Assembly (NCBI GenBank): GCA_977030845.1
Contig: OZ365118.1
Location: 21,204,001 to 21,268,000 of the forward strand
DNA length: 64,000 nt
Reading direction: 5' to 3'
DNA from: Fimbriosthenelais zetlandica
Lineage: Eukaryota
Part shown: positions 14,101 through 27,614 of the stretch, piece after piece
Position numbering within the stretch: position 1 is the stretch's first letter
How the letters are laid out: each line of letters begins with the position of its first letter
Position numbers and translations under genes: made by a program
Notes under the pieces: generated by a model
What the model saw: the letters and a program-made list of their open reading frames with translations, nothing else
The model's database searches: none
Told to the model about the DNA's origin: nothing

Positions 14101-17100
14101 GTTTATAAATGTAATGGACAGGCCTGAGTTGGCAGGTTTATAACTGGCAGTCTGTGGTTGACAGGGCAGGTGTGGACCTTCATGGCAGACTTCTAATGGC
14201 TTCCTTTAAATGTCAACTCCCCCAGACCAGCTTTCATCTCTAATCACCTGCTAGCTTCCTCACTAGTCTCTCTTGTGAGCGAGCTAGCAGAAGACTGAGC
14301 TAGCAGAAGACTGAGCTAGCGAGAGCCGTAGTGAGCAGCTTAGTGGCAGCTCTCATCTATTCCCTATCGTCGACAATTACCATTATTGAATTAGATACTA
14401 TCATATATCATTTCTGCCAGTCTGGCAAGCAAACTGATGACATTTTGATCACCCAAAAAACAAACGACAATAGTCTAGAACAGAACCAAACTCCTAAATG
14501 TTATACGAGTGTTATATGATGGGAGAGACTTACCCGGAAGTCGAGGAGACGCTCCCATTTGGGAACGACATAGAACTTGATGCCCTCCATGGCTCCCGGT
14601 AAGGTGACTCCACGGATGAGCAGGATGACCAACACCACGTAGGGGAAGGTGGCCGTGAAATAGACCACCTGGAAAAAAGACAATTAGTCAACATATAGAT
14701 TACATATATACGACTATATCTGACGTGTGAGACACACTAGCTTTCATGGAAACAAAGTGAAAGGTATGGTAAGATACTGCAGAAAGGCCATTCATATCAT
14801 ACAGCTAACGAAATCAATGTGGATAAGGAAAAAGCTCAATGCTGCATTGGGGATTCGAACCAGGGATCACCATATAGTGACATCCCAGGCAAAGCCACTA
14901 ATTCTGATGGGGAATGAGTTCATTAACCAAAGATCCAATTGATGCAAAGAGTATTCATAAATGTACTGGGCTTCTGTCGACAAAACAGTTGTTTGTTGAA
15001 TGCCATTTTTTGGGTTAAGTCAGGAAATGGAGTGTGAAAATCTGGCGCTCCAAGCCATGGCCACTCCCCAAGTGGGTAGAGCGTTATATTCGTGCTGCCA
15101 GAGAGGGAGGGTTATCCAAATTGGCTTGGCGTAAGGCCGAGGGACTGTTGGCTTTCATTGCAACTTGAAAAATAATAATAAAGGTGTTTAAGACATACTT
15201 ACTCTGCCAGATGATTTAATACCTTTGCACAGACAAAGGAAGACAAGAACCCAAGCCAGAGCCAGACAGCCAAGCAGTTCAAGACGCACCGATCCCATGT
15301 CCTCTATTCCATCAGAAATGTCTAATACGTGTCTCCTGAAAGTAACAATACATGAAAATCAATCCGTCATTCTTGGCAATAAATTTATGATTTAAAAATG
15401 TATTGAATTAAAAGTATTTAAAGGATAATGAAAATGTTTTTTAACTTACTCCCAGAACTGTTCACTGGGTGTGATTCTTTTTCCGCCCATAGTTTCATTC
15501 AGCATCGTTAGTGAAGTGTTGAGAACGCTCGTGGTAGGGAGGACCATTTCACTAAGGTTAGAGCCGGGTTGGGAAGCATTAGTGAGACTGGGAGGGAGTT
15601 GGCCACTCTGGGAACACTCGGGCGTGTTCCACTCGTTGTTACACGTACTCCATGGAACTCGTGCTTGTAGCGACTTGAAGAAGTAGTAGAGTGTCCACGT
15701 GATGATGATGTTATAGTAGATGCAGACGATGGCGGATATGATGACCATGCCATAGCCGATACCTACAAGACAAGTAAACTTCATCATACATTTTAGTTAG
15801 TAAAAATACAGTAGTTCGCCATCCCTCCACACTTTCTTCCCTCCTTTCACCCTCACTTCCATCCTTTCCGTTCCTACTCCCATACTTTCCTTCCTGTCTT
15901 AATTTCTTCAATGATTTCTTTTCTTTTCTTCACTGATCCATTCATTTATTTCCACCCCCACCTTATTTCCATGATCCATCAATTCATCCATCCATCCATC
16001 AATCAATTAGCCTCACCAGGAGCTACCACTAGGATTTCCAGGGAATCTCAGTTCCCGGATCCATCATTTCACACGGAAAACCCATGTCATGGCCAGCTTT
16101 CTCTCAAATTTTACCTGAAGATTTTATTAAAGAAGCTCTTCAAGCATCCAGCCAGATGGAGAGAGACGCTGCAAGTGTGGGGAGGAAATTTCCACTCTGG
16201 GGAGAAGACGATGAGGGCAGAGTGAGAAACAAGTGTGGGCCTTCACACATTGGTTATTACAGTCTAATGACTCCCCGAGCTGCTCTCTGTATGGTAACTG
16301 GACTGAGATGAGTTAGAGTGTCTGATGTCTTAATAACCGCACGCCGGTTAGACACAGTGTGATCCCCACCCAGACATAAAGGCCTGGCTGGAGGGATTGA
16401 CAGAGGCCGCTATATTAATTAATGGAATCAATCAATATTACAAGTCAATAGGACCCCGTGCATCGCAATTTAATCATCCATTCTAACTCCTTTATTTCCT
16501 ATTTTCATTGCTTCTTTCAAGTTCCTTCAGCCCTTTCCTGTTATTTCCATACTTCTCCCCTCCCTTCCTCTTTCCATCCCTCCCTTTTTCCCCACATCTC
16601 CCTCCCTTCATAATCGCCTTCCTCTCCTCCTTCTCTCCCATCTCCCATCCAATGGTTATTCAATGTTTTATTCACCCTGATCAACATCGACAGATCCATC
16701 ACAAGTCATTCAACCTTTCTCCAGACCTTCACGAAGCATCGCATTTACATATTTTAGATTGAACGAGTTACTGTAGACCGACTGGATGGTGAAAGGTGGT
16801 AAACATGAAGGTGGTGAATAAGGCTCGTATTACCTCCACCAGGTGGGTGTAAGATTCAATAAGGTAACATTTGAACTGACCTTTGAAGAGCGGTGATATC
16901 CTCCAGACAGTGATGGGACTGAGGGAGGCAAACTGTCCATACGAGACTTCCAGGAAGAACAGAGGCATGCCACACAAAATGAGGAAGAAGATATAGGGAA
17001 TGAGGAAGACGGCTGGAAAACAAAACACAATAAGGTCAATGTTGTTTGTTCAACAGTATCAAGAGTTTTTTGTCAATTACTTCTTGGGGCACGCAAGGTT

Positions 17101-18921
17101 TGAACACCCCCCCCCCCCCAGCCCCCCGCCCCTGTTCTAATTGATGACAATCTGATGTCACTGCAGCCTAGCAGAACATAAAAACCATTATCATCTTTCT
17201 CCAGTCAGGAAAAGCCAGGAAAAAAAGAGACATGCCACATAGAGTGAGGAAGATGAAGGGACTGAGGGAGAGTGAGAGACAGAGATAAATGAGAGTGAGA
17301 GAGATGAATCAGTCAGTGTACCCCGTGCAGGGACACTTGGCAGGAGATGTATCAGACTTCCTCAGTCTAAGATCAGAAACATCTAAGTAACCACTTCTGA
17401 CACTATACTCGAGTCAGCAATTTTTCAGCTATCTCAAGACCAGTAGGAAACACGCTATTGGAACACAATATGTTATAGACATGTTCCATCGCTTCTTATT
17501 AACGAACAATTATATCTTTTATATCCGAAAAATTAACTTTTTGTAATGAGTCTGACCTAATTAGCTGCCTGTGGCTGAGATAAAGACCTTATTGTGTGAT
17601 TGAAACTCGTGTTTATGATTTGAATGTGAATTAACAGCAGAAAATGGTGGCTGGTGTTTTATGTATATTAACTATTTTATTGTTAAATTGAATATAATTT
17701 CCGACTAGTATGGATATTGTAATTAGACACATTGTGTATATATCTCAATGCTTAGGACCACCTGAAAATATACTGTAAAGTAGAAATGGTTTTGTGAAGC
17801 GTCCTTCATCAATAAAAAAAATTGCTTACCTCCGCCGTTCCTGTAGCAGAGGTAGGGGAATCGCCAGATGTTACCGAGGCCTACAGCATAGCCTATACAT
17901 GAGAGTAGGAAGTCGAGGCGACCCACCCAGTTACCCCGCTCCATGTTCTCCTCCACGCTACTGTGGCCAGTCGTTCGACTACTGACTGATGCATTGTCGC
18001 CAGTCATTTGTCCTTTCTTCCACTGAAACAAAAAATAACTGGTGAGTCAAGTGGCCAGTGACAATATATACATACTGAAAGTTATGAAGGTTTATTCATT
18101 TGAGCCATGAAACAGGCCAGGTTCCTGCAAGAAAGGGATGAGTAAGGAATAAATGAATGAATGAATGAGCCATGCCAGCTGGCAGGGCTATATTCATGTC
18201 GAGTAAGGGGCAATTATACTATAGAATGGGTGTAGAATTAGTCATACATGTACCTGTATAAATACCAGAGACTCGCACCATATAATCTAATGGTTGTATG
18301 AATCACTTTGTCAGTTCCGCCTGCAAATTGTAATGAGAGAAAATGGGAGGCAGAGAAAATGGGAAAGGAAAGAGATACAGAAAAGAGGAGAGACGAAGAG
18401 AAAGAAAGGGAGAGAGAGGAGTTAAAAGGAAGGAGAGGGAAAAGAGGAGAAAGTATAAATCGGATACAAATTGCCAAAACCTACCTACTGGACATTCATT
18501 GAATGACCTGACAGTGATGGAGAGAGATAGAGATGGTGGAAATGGTTTAACAGACAAGAAATCTATAATTCAAAGTCTGGAGCCTCCCATAGTCCCTCCT
18601 CCTGCAGACTCCCAGGGGCAGAGAGGGTCGTACAGTCCTCCCTCTAGTATGGTCAGCCCCCCACCCCCGCCCCCAACCCCCTACAGTAGTACACTCATGT
18701 CCAAATCAATGGAATTCTCCCATGTTAAAAACCGCCTGTCTGATCCACGAATACAGGATATGAAAAATTGTGCTCAAATTGACCAAAAATTAAAGCAAAT
18801 CGTAAGAATTTGTCGGGTGACCTATGTGACCCCCTCTGGTATTGACTAAGATGAGAATAAGCTTCAAGCTTAGTTCAATCTTCAAACTATATTTTCTTAC
18901 CGTGTCCCATGGTTTCACCAT
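5152..18921 (-). CDS. SLC6 sodium- and chloride-dependent neurotransmitter/amino-acid transporter, glycine-transporter-like, 14 coding exons, about 678 aa using the proximal first exon
   Basis: Exons (minus): 18901-18921, 17830-18022, 16881-17012, 15450-15762, 15203-15335, 14534-14668, 12159-12262, 11928-12052, 11578-11690, 6407-6535, 6118-6217, 5885-5985, 5541-5708, 5152-5421. All are GT-AG, phase-consistent and total 2037 nt. SLC6 signatures: [44 protein letters not shown]2 Cys pair, [55 protein letters not shown]. The first exon is inferred; the internal Met at 18007 is an alternative start. Confidence 0.95.
9900..10400 (-). mobile_element. Possible decayed DNA-transposon coding remnant (hAT-like C-terminus) in the 5-kb SLC6 intron
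   Basis: Broken minus-strand ORFs include [10 protein letters not shown]...LKYIK, loosely like the hAT dimerisation motif (LxLTIPxxSAxxERxFSxLKxIK). Similarity is weak and was judged by eye. Confidence 0.25.
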
Positions 18922-18974
18922 TTCGAATATGATGGTAGGTCCCTGTATGGAACGCTTTGAAGGAATGATGAGAG

Positions 18975-19010
18975 AGTCTGTGGTCTAGAACTCCTTCTCA
19001 CCCTTTTATA
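18975..19010 (-). promoter_or_regulatory. TATA-box core promoter of the proximal SLC6 first exon
   Basis: TATAAAAGGG on minus at 19010-19001, about 30 nt upstream of an ACAGACT initiator-like site and about 90 nt upstream of ATG 18921. Confidence 0.55.
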
Positions 19011-19677
19011 GACTGTCTTGTATAGGGAGAATTATGGGCATTTATATCAAAATGAGAGGGTGGTCAAAGACAGGTCAATAAGTAATGCCATTGGTTAGCA
19101 CATCCCCTTGAAGCTGCCCCTATAGATAGTGCCCGAACAAAGCTTTCCAAACTGGGAAAACCATCTTCTTTAACTAAAAGGTTAAATAAACTTTAATTAA
19201 GAACAATATGAAGCCTGATTGTCCAGCAAGGAAGGCTTCCAATGTTTGTGCTGGTCAGTTGGTGGTCAGTTATATAGACGCCAATGTAAACATTGAAGCT
19301 CAGGTATCCTAACATTAATGGGCAATAGAACAATGGTCAGTCCGAAGATGTTTTGGTAGATAAAAAGGAGCAACCTGTACCAGCATTTTAGCTGCATTGT
19401 ATTAAAGACATTAGAAGTTCTAATGCATAGAGGAGGCTTACTTCAATATGGATTCAGTAATTAAAATATGGGCCTATTCAACGGTGGGAATATGAAACAA
19501 GAAGTGAGGTAACACAGGAAAAAATCCTGAAACTTTTAGAAAATATACCAAACATAATGGGTTAATTTACTATATCAGAGAGGTAGATAATGAACGCATA
19601 TTGAACCTTACTAAAAATATTATTTAGTAGGCCTATCTGATTTTTAAATAAATCCACTTTTAGTGGATGAAACTTAC

Positions 19678-19728
19678 CAAGGGAACCCTCTTCAAAATAT
19701 TAGAAGCTCTTTCTTTGATGACTTCCAT
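19678..19728 (-). CDS. Candidate alternative first coding exon of the SLC6 gene (MEVIKERASNILKRVPL)
   Basis: ATG in a CACCATGG Kozak context, 51 nt open, ending at a G|GTAAGT donor (19677-19672). Phase 0 matches the acceptor at 18022. Initiator-like TCAGTT at 19745-19750. Confidence 0.6.
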
Positions 19729-20439
19729 GGTGAAAACCTTATTGAACTGAATTCGGTATAAATCCCAAGATCAAAATGCAAGACCAGTGGTCCCCAAGAG
19801 TGGCTAGAGGACAGTGAGGTCCTTCTATGGTGTAGGTGTCGGGTATAGGTAAGGGGCAGTTAGTAAGTGTTTGGCAGGGGCTATTTTTATGGACCAGATC
19901 ACAGACTAATTCATTGCCAGTTCCAAACGTGCCAACAAGGATATTGCCTGGATCTGACATCAGGCAAGTCTCTGTTGGATGTTCATGGCTAGTCTTGCCA
20001 GAGCCTTTGATTCTTGGACTAAATTTAAGTGGAAACATGACCTTTTAAGGTTCTAGATATTAATAAAAAATTGTATATTACACATGAAAGCTTCCATTAT
20101 AAGAATGGTTGAGTGGGATAGGAAATACAAAATTTATAGAGAGAAAATGGCAAGGGAAAGTAATAAATATAGCAAACTAACATTAGACCTGGGCAAGTCT
20201 TGGTTTGGAATAAAGCCTCCAACCACCTCCCGGTATTTTGATGACAGAATATTGTACTGAATCACCCCAGTAAAAGAAGGAAGTGATGGGAAAGCTTATC
20301 ACTGGCCATGCATGGAAAAGTTCAACATAAAAACATGAATGGTCTTCAATTGTTGTATTGGTAGTGAAATCAAACTATGTTTGTCAGCACTTGAGGTTCT
20401 TTTTCAAGTGCGTTCTCATCATTTCAAGGCAAGAGTATG

Positions 20440-20570
20440 AATATCTGTGCACTATAATTTGGGAAGCGAGGTGGAAAAATACCCCAGGTTCAGACGGATC
20501 TGGATTCGAACCCAATACTTCTAAGTCCCCATTAATAAACTTGTGCTCCTGACGAAAAGAGTGCTTCTTC
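20440..20570 (-). mobile_element. Possible degenerate tRNA-related SINE fragment
   Basis: Perfect B box GGTTCGAATCC on minus near 20505-20515; A box unclear. A similar isolated B box lies near 14848-14858. Confidence 0.25.
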
Positions 20571-21593
20571 AGAAATGACGAACAAAATGGCAATTTAATT
20601 GATACGGTTTTCAGCCATCAATTGTCAAGCTACACCAATGCCAGGATAAATACCCAATACTCTCGCCCTTTCACGCCTGGAACGAGTTAACGCGAGACTT
20701 TAGCCAAAATGGACCTGCATTATGTATAAATCTCTTGCCAAATGTAAAATACCCAATTAGTGGGCTAAGAATGACAGTATATGTGAATAGGATATGGAGC
20801 ATCGTACATTGCATGCACCAGTAACTAACTTGTATGATAATTATAGAATTGACATGATTTGGCCCGTGCGGTATGTGACAGGCCTTACAAAAGGTTTACC
20901 AAGAAAGTATCGACATCTTCGGGGCACATCCCTTAAACACGAAATGGGTGTCAACTATTTGACATAATTAGGCCAATATTTTCTCAAATTCTTATTGATT
21001 TATGCCCTTAATTTAGGTCGCATTGTAATTGAATATGATTAAATATCACACAAGTAGGGCTACCACCTGGGACTATAATGAAATAACAATGACATGGAAT
21101 GGCGGAATTCCTCGGTAAGAATCCGTGGATAGTCAACAACAAGCAGATAATTAATGCTTTGGCAATTACACCCCCATCCCCCACTCCTCCCTCCAGCCCC
21201 CAACCCTTCCTCCACCCACACATACCAGTGTAATGCATGGAGGACAGGCGGATGTTGGCAAGATTCCAAGGAAAACATATCATGCATGTATTATATGTAT
21301 ATCTCCCATCCCACCCTGAACCCAATATAATCAGGGGAGGATCCGGGATTTGGGAAGAGGTTGGGTGTGGGGTAGGCCTAATATTTATGAAAGTATTGCC
21401 CAGCCTTATGGCCCAAAATAATTACAATTTGAGCGAGAAAAATCTACTTCATAATTAGTTTCCTAAATTAATATTTCCTAGTTAATCAAGTGGCATCTTA
21501 AAACCCAATAATATCTTAAAATCGCATGAGTATTCATCTCTTTCCCACTTTGTTTATCTCTCTAAAAGTTTTTCCTATTTTCAAAAGACAAAG

Positions 21594-21613
21594 TGACGTC
21601 ACAAGTGACGTAA
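21594..21613. promoter_or_regulatory. Tandem CRE-like sites
   Basis: TGACGTCA at 21594-21601 and TGACGTAA at 21606-21613, between candidate SLC6 first exons. Confidence 0.35.
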
Positions 21614-23373
21614 GAGACGCCGAGTATTCTTCCATTGATAGAGATGGGAGGTGTGAGGGGGGGTGAGGTAAGGATGTACGTGTCACCTCCGTGGTGTAAA
21701 GGGCATCCGTGCACGGGTTAGACAAAGGGCAGACCTGACTGCACAAAAGGTCAGATTACCGATATCTCAGGGGTTGAAGGAGGGGGTAGCTAAAAAAGGA
21801 ACTGATTTCACCATGAATCTGCGTCAATAGAGGAACTTGAATGAACCATTTTTGTCATCTCCATAGACCAAGGTTGGTGTGAGTAGCATATGAAAATTGT
21901 TCATATACCCAGGACCAGCAACAGATATGTGAAACCATAGAACTATCCTAAAGTTCTATGCTGAAACTTAAGGGCTGTCTCCACAGAGCAATCCGTCCGC
22001 CGAATCTGTCCGTCCGCTGTCTTCAGACATATGAATCCTGCATCTATTCATCCATGGTTTGGATTACTTTCAAGCCAAAAGTTTATTCTATATGGGTACA
22101 CACGACTTTCTGCTTTTTAATTCCGGTACTTTAGGATGGGCGGGTCTCTGGTTGGGTACAATATCAATGGGCAATAACACCAAGGGTAATTCTCAACCAG
22201 TATAACCTCTGTTATTATGTGATATATACATCTGTGCAGCCCATGCACGAACATTAATTGTCCTTTTGTGTATGACTCATCCTTCGATGAACACCTTGCA
22301 ACAACAGCCTATACCTGGAATCCAAATTCCCAATTGGCCTTCTCTTAACCACCCCATCCCATCCTATACCATAACTGATACCAATCCCTCACCCCTAACC
22401 TCCCCCACCCCAATACCCCAGTGTATCATTTATAACTCTGACCACCCCAAAAAACAAACCTGTTACCTTACCCATCCCAAAGGGCTACCTACACCATAAA
22501 CGATCCCGACCCCCAATCAATCCCCCCCCCCCCAGCAGCTATACCAGTTCTCTCCCCCCCCCAACCCACCTCCTAAACAAACCCATCCCAAACTGCAGCC
22601 ACACCTTGCCCCCCCCACCCTACTCCACTCCCTAAAAGATGTGAATGTTGTAATAATGAGAGCTATGTGTCACCAGACTGGGAGCATCGTCTGTGTTCAG
22701 CATCAGGCATGGACTGAGTGGAAATTTCCCCACCATCCACGCAACGTCCTTCCTCGACATATTACCATGACAACCCGGGTATTGATCCCAATAAACCATC
22801 TATATATACCGTCATGTAAACAGTATATCCCACCCTCTCATTAACTATACTGATATAGTGGTCACTACCGGGCTTAATTAGCCCATTAACCACTCATTAA
22901 TAGCTTATCTACTGATTAGGGCTCATAGTTGTGCTGTGATAGATCCATAGACTCCCATTGATGATTAGGAATTATTTAATATGTTTGATTCGTCCAAAAT
23001 TGAAGGAAATTTTTCAGATTTTTATCCATATGTTTAGTTCAATGAATTAGATGTTCCAACAATATAGGGTTTTAGATTAAACGATGTAATTCTCAATGAA
23101 ACCTAACAGACCATGACTAAGCAAATGAGTAGAGGAGTTCAATGATATCTGGTACACCTAGTCAGTGGTAAAAGGCCCACAGAATCAAATACGGAGTCTG
23201 GCATTCAGTCAATGGGGAAGTTACAAAGGAAGAAATAACCCTGAATTACTCTGAAAATATCAAATTGCTCATAACAAAATTTTCACGAGAAAAAACTGAG
23301 TTGAGTTAAATTGGAAATTTAGAGAAAAATCGTAGCTGAAGGACAGAATAAAATAAAATAAATCTTCACTCAC

Positions 23374-23403
23374 CGGAACTAATTTTGCAGTCATGAACTT
23401 CAT
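23374..23403 (-). CDS. Candidate distal alternative first coding exon of the SLC6 gene (MKFMTAKLVP)
   Basis: 30 nt from ATG to a G|GTGAGT donor (23373-23368), phase 0, about 170 nt downstream of a TATA box that has upstream GC/CCAAT/octamer elements. Confidence 0.65.
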
Positions 23404-23542
23404 CCTGTGAGAAGCAGACTATGATGTAAGATTTCTCCAGTTGTTTAGCCTGAAATCAATCCAAATACTGAACGGAATATATTTTTAGAGAAGCAGTTGA
23501 AATGGAAATCCAATGATTCAGGGACTACCAATGTGTAAGATC

Positions 23543-23720
23543 TGATTCCAATATTCCAGATGCCTTCCTTATATATACCTGGAGCCCACGTGCTGGAGGA
23601 AACCCGGCCGGCTCATTACTCTCCACTACAAAGTGGGCGGAGCTTCAATAAGCCACGCCCCGCTCCTGTAAGCACCTGCCAATCAATGAGGAGCGTGGGC
23701 GGGGTTGATATGCTAATGAG
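23543..23720 (-). promoter_or_regulatory. Distal TATA promoter with dense upstream element cluster
   Basis: TATATATAAGG on minus (23577-23567), TCAGA initiator near 23543, E-boxes CACGTG 23587-23592 and CACCTG near 23673, GC boxes GGGCGG 23635-23640 and near 23697, CCACGCCC near 23653, CCAAT near 23679, octamer-like ATGCTAAT near 23710. Confidence 0.6.
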
Positions 23721-26700
23721 TACAGTGGGATGGAGGGAGAGTTTCATGGTTGGGCAAGCATGGAATAAGGAGGATGGAATTATTGCGTCATTACAATAAA
23801 TTGTAAAATAAAAGAGTTGGGGATGTTTTTTGTTGAAATACAAGCGGAAACAATCTGGAAGCAATGCTCACCTGCCATTTCCCGGTAGCTAACTTGTCTT
23901 TCTTAGAATTAAAATGGCATAACAGTTACTAAAAACAGTCAATATCTTTCCTCCACCATTGATACCCGAGCTGTTAAAGAATACTGATTTGTCCATTTCC
24001 AATATATATCAAAAGATCTTGAATAAATAACTTAAACCTAAATAACATAAAACCTTAAAGATACCAATGGACCCTGGATCTATGGAAAAATTCTTAAAGA
24101 TAATTGTGCTAATTGCACAGACTATAATTGGGGTTAATTTGTTCTATATACGTATACATCTATATATCAAAGGTAATGGAAAATTTTCCGCTTATACAAA
24201 TTTATACAGCTGAAAGTTTGTTTTGCGGGACTTACAATTTCAGAATCACGCGATGAACCCATTAGGAATCATTTTAGAAAATGATACTAATTATCTGTTT
24301 CCATACACATGAAATGGGCCCATATATGACAGACTATGGAATCATATTCAACATGGGATTCATGTCAAAGCTGTTGGAACCAAGAATAGTCTAAAATACT
24401 TTCCCAAAATAAAATTACATTAAAGATGAAATAATCACATTTCATAACGAAAAAAGTAATTGAAGGGAAAGAAGCTGAGAGACAGAAGTGAGGAGCTAAA
24501 CCCACAAACTGTGAAATCGAGGTCAATGCCATAATAATTATACAACAATTAACCTAATCTATTAAGTACATAATTACCAAACAATCGTCATATATCTACA
24601 AACAGATTTCCTTCTGTCTTATATCTTTTCTCCCCTAAAAGAATTATAATTTTAATTAAAATTTTCAAAACACACTTCATGAAGTAAAAATATTTTGGAA
24701 TTTTGGAAAAAATAATTTCATAACATTTTTTTCAGGTTAAAGAATGACTCCCATCTTTGGCATTCTTCCATGATCTCTATCATTCTTCCCTCTCCCCTTT
24801 TCCCCACATGGGAAGCCTTTCATTCAGCTTTCCCTGGTACCAGTAAATCAGTGGGAACCCGTCAATGGAGGAGCTGGTATTTTTGGCACTGATTCCAGTT
24901 TGGTTTGCTCCGTCAATCACTGGAAATGCTCGTTTCACTTTGATCTTTACACTAGTATGTTTCACACCAAGTGAGACGACTAATCAGCGAGGTACAGAAG
25001 GGTAGCTATATACATATGGGATTACTTGGATGTTTTGAATCAATTTCCCCTGGAACCTCATTGAGAATAACCCTATAACATACAGGCGTTAGAGTGAGAG
25101 GTAAGACAGTGAGGGGAGGGGATAGACAGATACCAGACAGGAGGGTAGGCAAACACATTAAACAAATAAACTGTGAAAATAGTAAACATTGCTTCTTAAT
25201 TAAATACAAAACCAAAGATTTTTTTCAGGAGTTAGTTTTCTACATGAATCCACAATATACCAGTTGATTATAAAACTGGTCCGAGTGCCACTGGGGAGGC
25301 GACGACTTCCCCCTCCCCACCCACTCTCTTGTCGTCATATCTAAATATAGAATACTCCCTATAACGTTTCCATAGAAACATACATGTAAATACTTCCACA
25401 ATCAAAACAATCCGAGTTAAACTCAGAGGTAAAGTGTTCAGAGATGAGTGCAAATACGTTGCCCCCAAACAACTCATATGTGGGAAAATCCGATCAAAAT
25501 TCCCAAATGGAAAATTTTCGAACATATAAAATAGTGACTTCATGGAATTATAACAATGAAATTCTGTACAAATCAGCTTTTCTAAAGTAACATTTCATTT
25601 TAAATTTAATGAAACAACAACTTTGAAGCATACAAAATACATTTTAATATTTATTCATTGTTCCCCTTGCTCATCCCTTTAAGACATGGAGCCCGAGTAT
25701 CAGCATCTCAGCACAGGTAACCTACACACAAAGTGTGCTTTATGTACAAAATGTACAGTGGACTCTCCCTTAACAGTCACCTCACTAAACCGACCATCCC
25801 GTTATACGACATCCCGTTATACATCACAATACCATGCTCATTCACACGACCACCCCACTATTTGTTCGCATTAGCGAGTCTTCACTGTATAAATAATATA
25901 TTAACAAACCAATCTGGTTTCGGACTATTCAACACCCTTCAATGCCATTTAATAATAGTGTGAGTACCGTACATATAAACCCTGTTTTACGAGTATATGA
26001 GGTATTAATGCTACATGATATGATACCTCTTATACATACCATTTACCCCTTTAAAGATTTTTGATTAGTTTCGCTGGAATGTTTCAGAAATTGTGTTAAT
26101 CTCAATTACTGGATAATTATTAAGAAACGCAGCATTTTTTTGTCATCTTGCAAATGTTAGAACCGATTATATATACAAACTATCTATAGCAGATCTGTAA
26201 AAAGATGCTCGCACATATATTACCCATTAAAATATTACTTAACACATTATCATTTTCCACATTCAAGTTCAAAATACATTCACAAATTCTAAACTATAAA
26301 TATCACATTTATGTGCATTGAACATTTCAAAAAATATATATCATCTTAGAAAGATAAAGCCTATAAGGCTTGCTTAAAAACTCTTTGAAAAACAAAGGTT
26401 TCTAAAATGTCCCTTGGAGTGCATCAAGTTCCATACATTAAGTACACATTTAAATGAGAATTCATGTTGGAAATTTCCAAAGCACTTGGGTAAGATGTTT
26501 CTTGAATAAGCTGTCATTTCAGATTAAATGGTTTAATGGGACTACAATATAGGCTTATACACTAGGCTTATATAATAGCCTAATAATCTATTGGGTTAAT
26601 AGTTCTTTTCTGGATTTTAACTTCACATTTAATGATGAGTTAATGATCACAAATTAATTCAGAAATTACTATTGAAATAGATATTTTCATATGGATGCAT

Positions 26701-27614
26701 GCTCTGACGACCCTGTGCCGTCTTGAATAAATAGTCAATAATTACTGGGACAATGAGTCTATCACAAGCCAGTGTGATATAGTGACAGAAATATATCATA
26801 GAATGAAATACATCTATACTGTACATCAGATCTCTAGCCTCAACTAAAACGTGATAAAGTTGGTTGATAACTTTAACATTGGATAAAAGTCCAGTAACAA
26901 TGGCTTCTAATGCATTCTTGCATAAAATACATTGATATAACTTCTGAGTGTTCAAAGAGTGCGCAAAAGGCACTCAGAAAGCGTCCAGGGACACTCGGAT
27001 AGGAATCTTGTAGAGCAGTGCTGCAGTAGAGCAAGCAAAATCTCTTTTTACTGTAATCGCGGCTTGAGTTCAGACAAGTGTCATTTACCCCAACTTTGGG
27101 CATTTAAACTATTATTGAATAAGCCCCACAACTTATCCAATGAATATGCAAATTTCCATATTTGAATATGCATAGCAAATGTTGTAAATAGTGCACAGGC
27201 ACTACCGGGACTATTGGTGGACATTTAATGGGACCGGCAACACTGGAAATAGCCTAGTGAGTCTATAGCGTTAGTGGTACTTGAAAGATTTAATGCAGGA
27301 AACTTGCCATCTCCAAAACACTTAAATGCCAGCATTCTGAGCATTATATTGGTGGGATACAATTTGTAATTTGTGCGGCACTCCGAATCAAAATCCACGA
27401 GAAAAATATTTTTAAATCACAAGCCCCAGTTCTGGAATCCGTACAGAATTTTTCTGGTCAATAATCCTGAAGGGAAAGTGGGTCTTTAATTCCTCATATT
27501 GGAAATTAAATCACCAGTCACGTCACTGGAATTATGAGCACATGGACCAATATTCCCCGTCAATGATCCTGGGGTTGTAATCTGGAATATTTCACATCGA
27601 GTCAAACCGGATCT

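Noticed and set aside
23860-23880. ATG GCA G|GTGAG as a fourth SLC6 first exon
   Set aside because: Phase 1: splicing to 18022 shifts the frame and reaches a stop within about 17 codons; it also lies upstream of the distal promoter.
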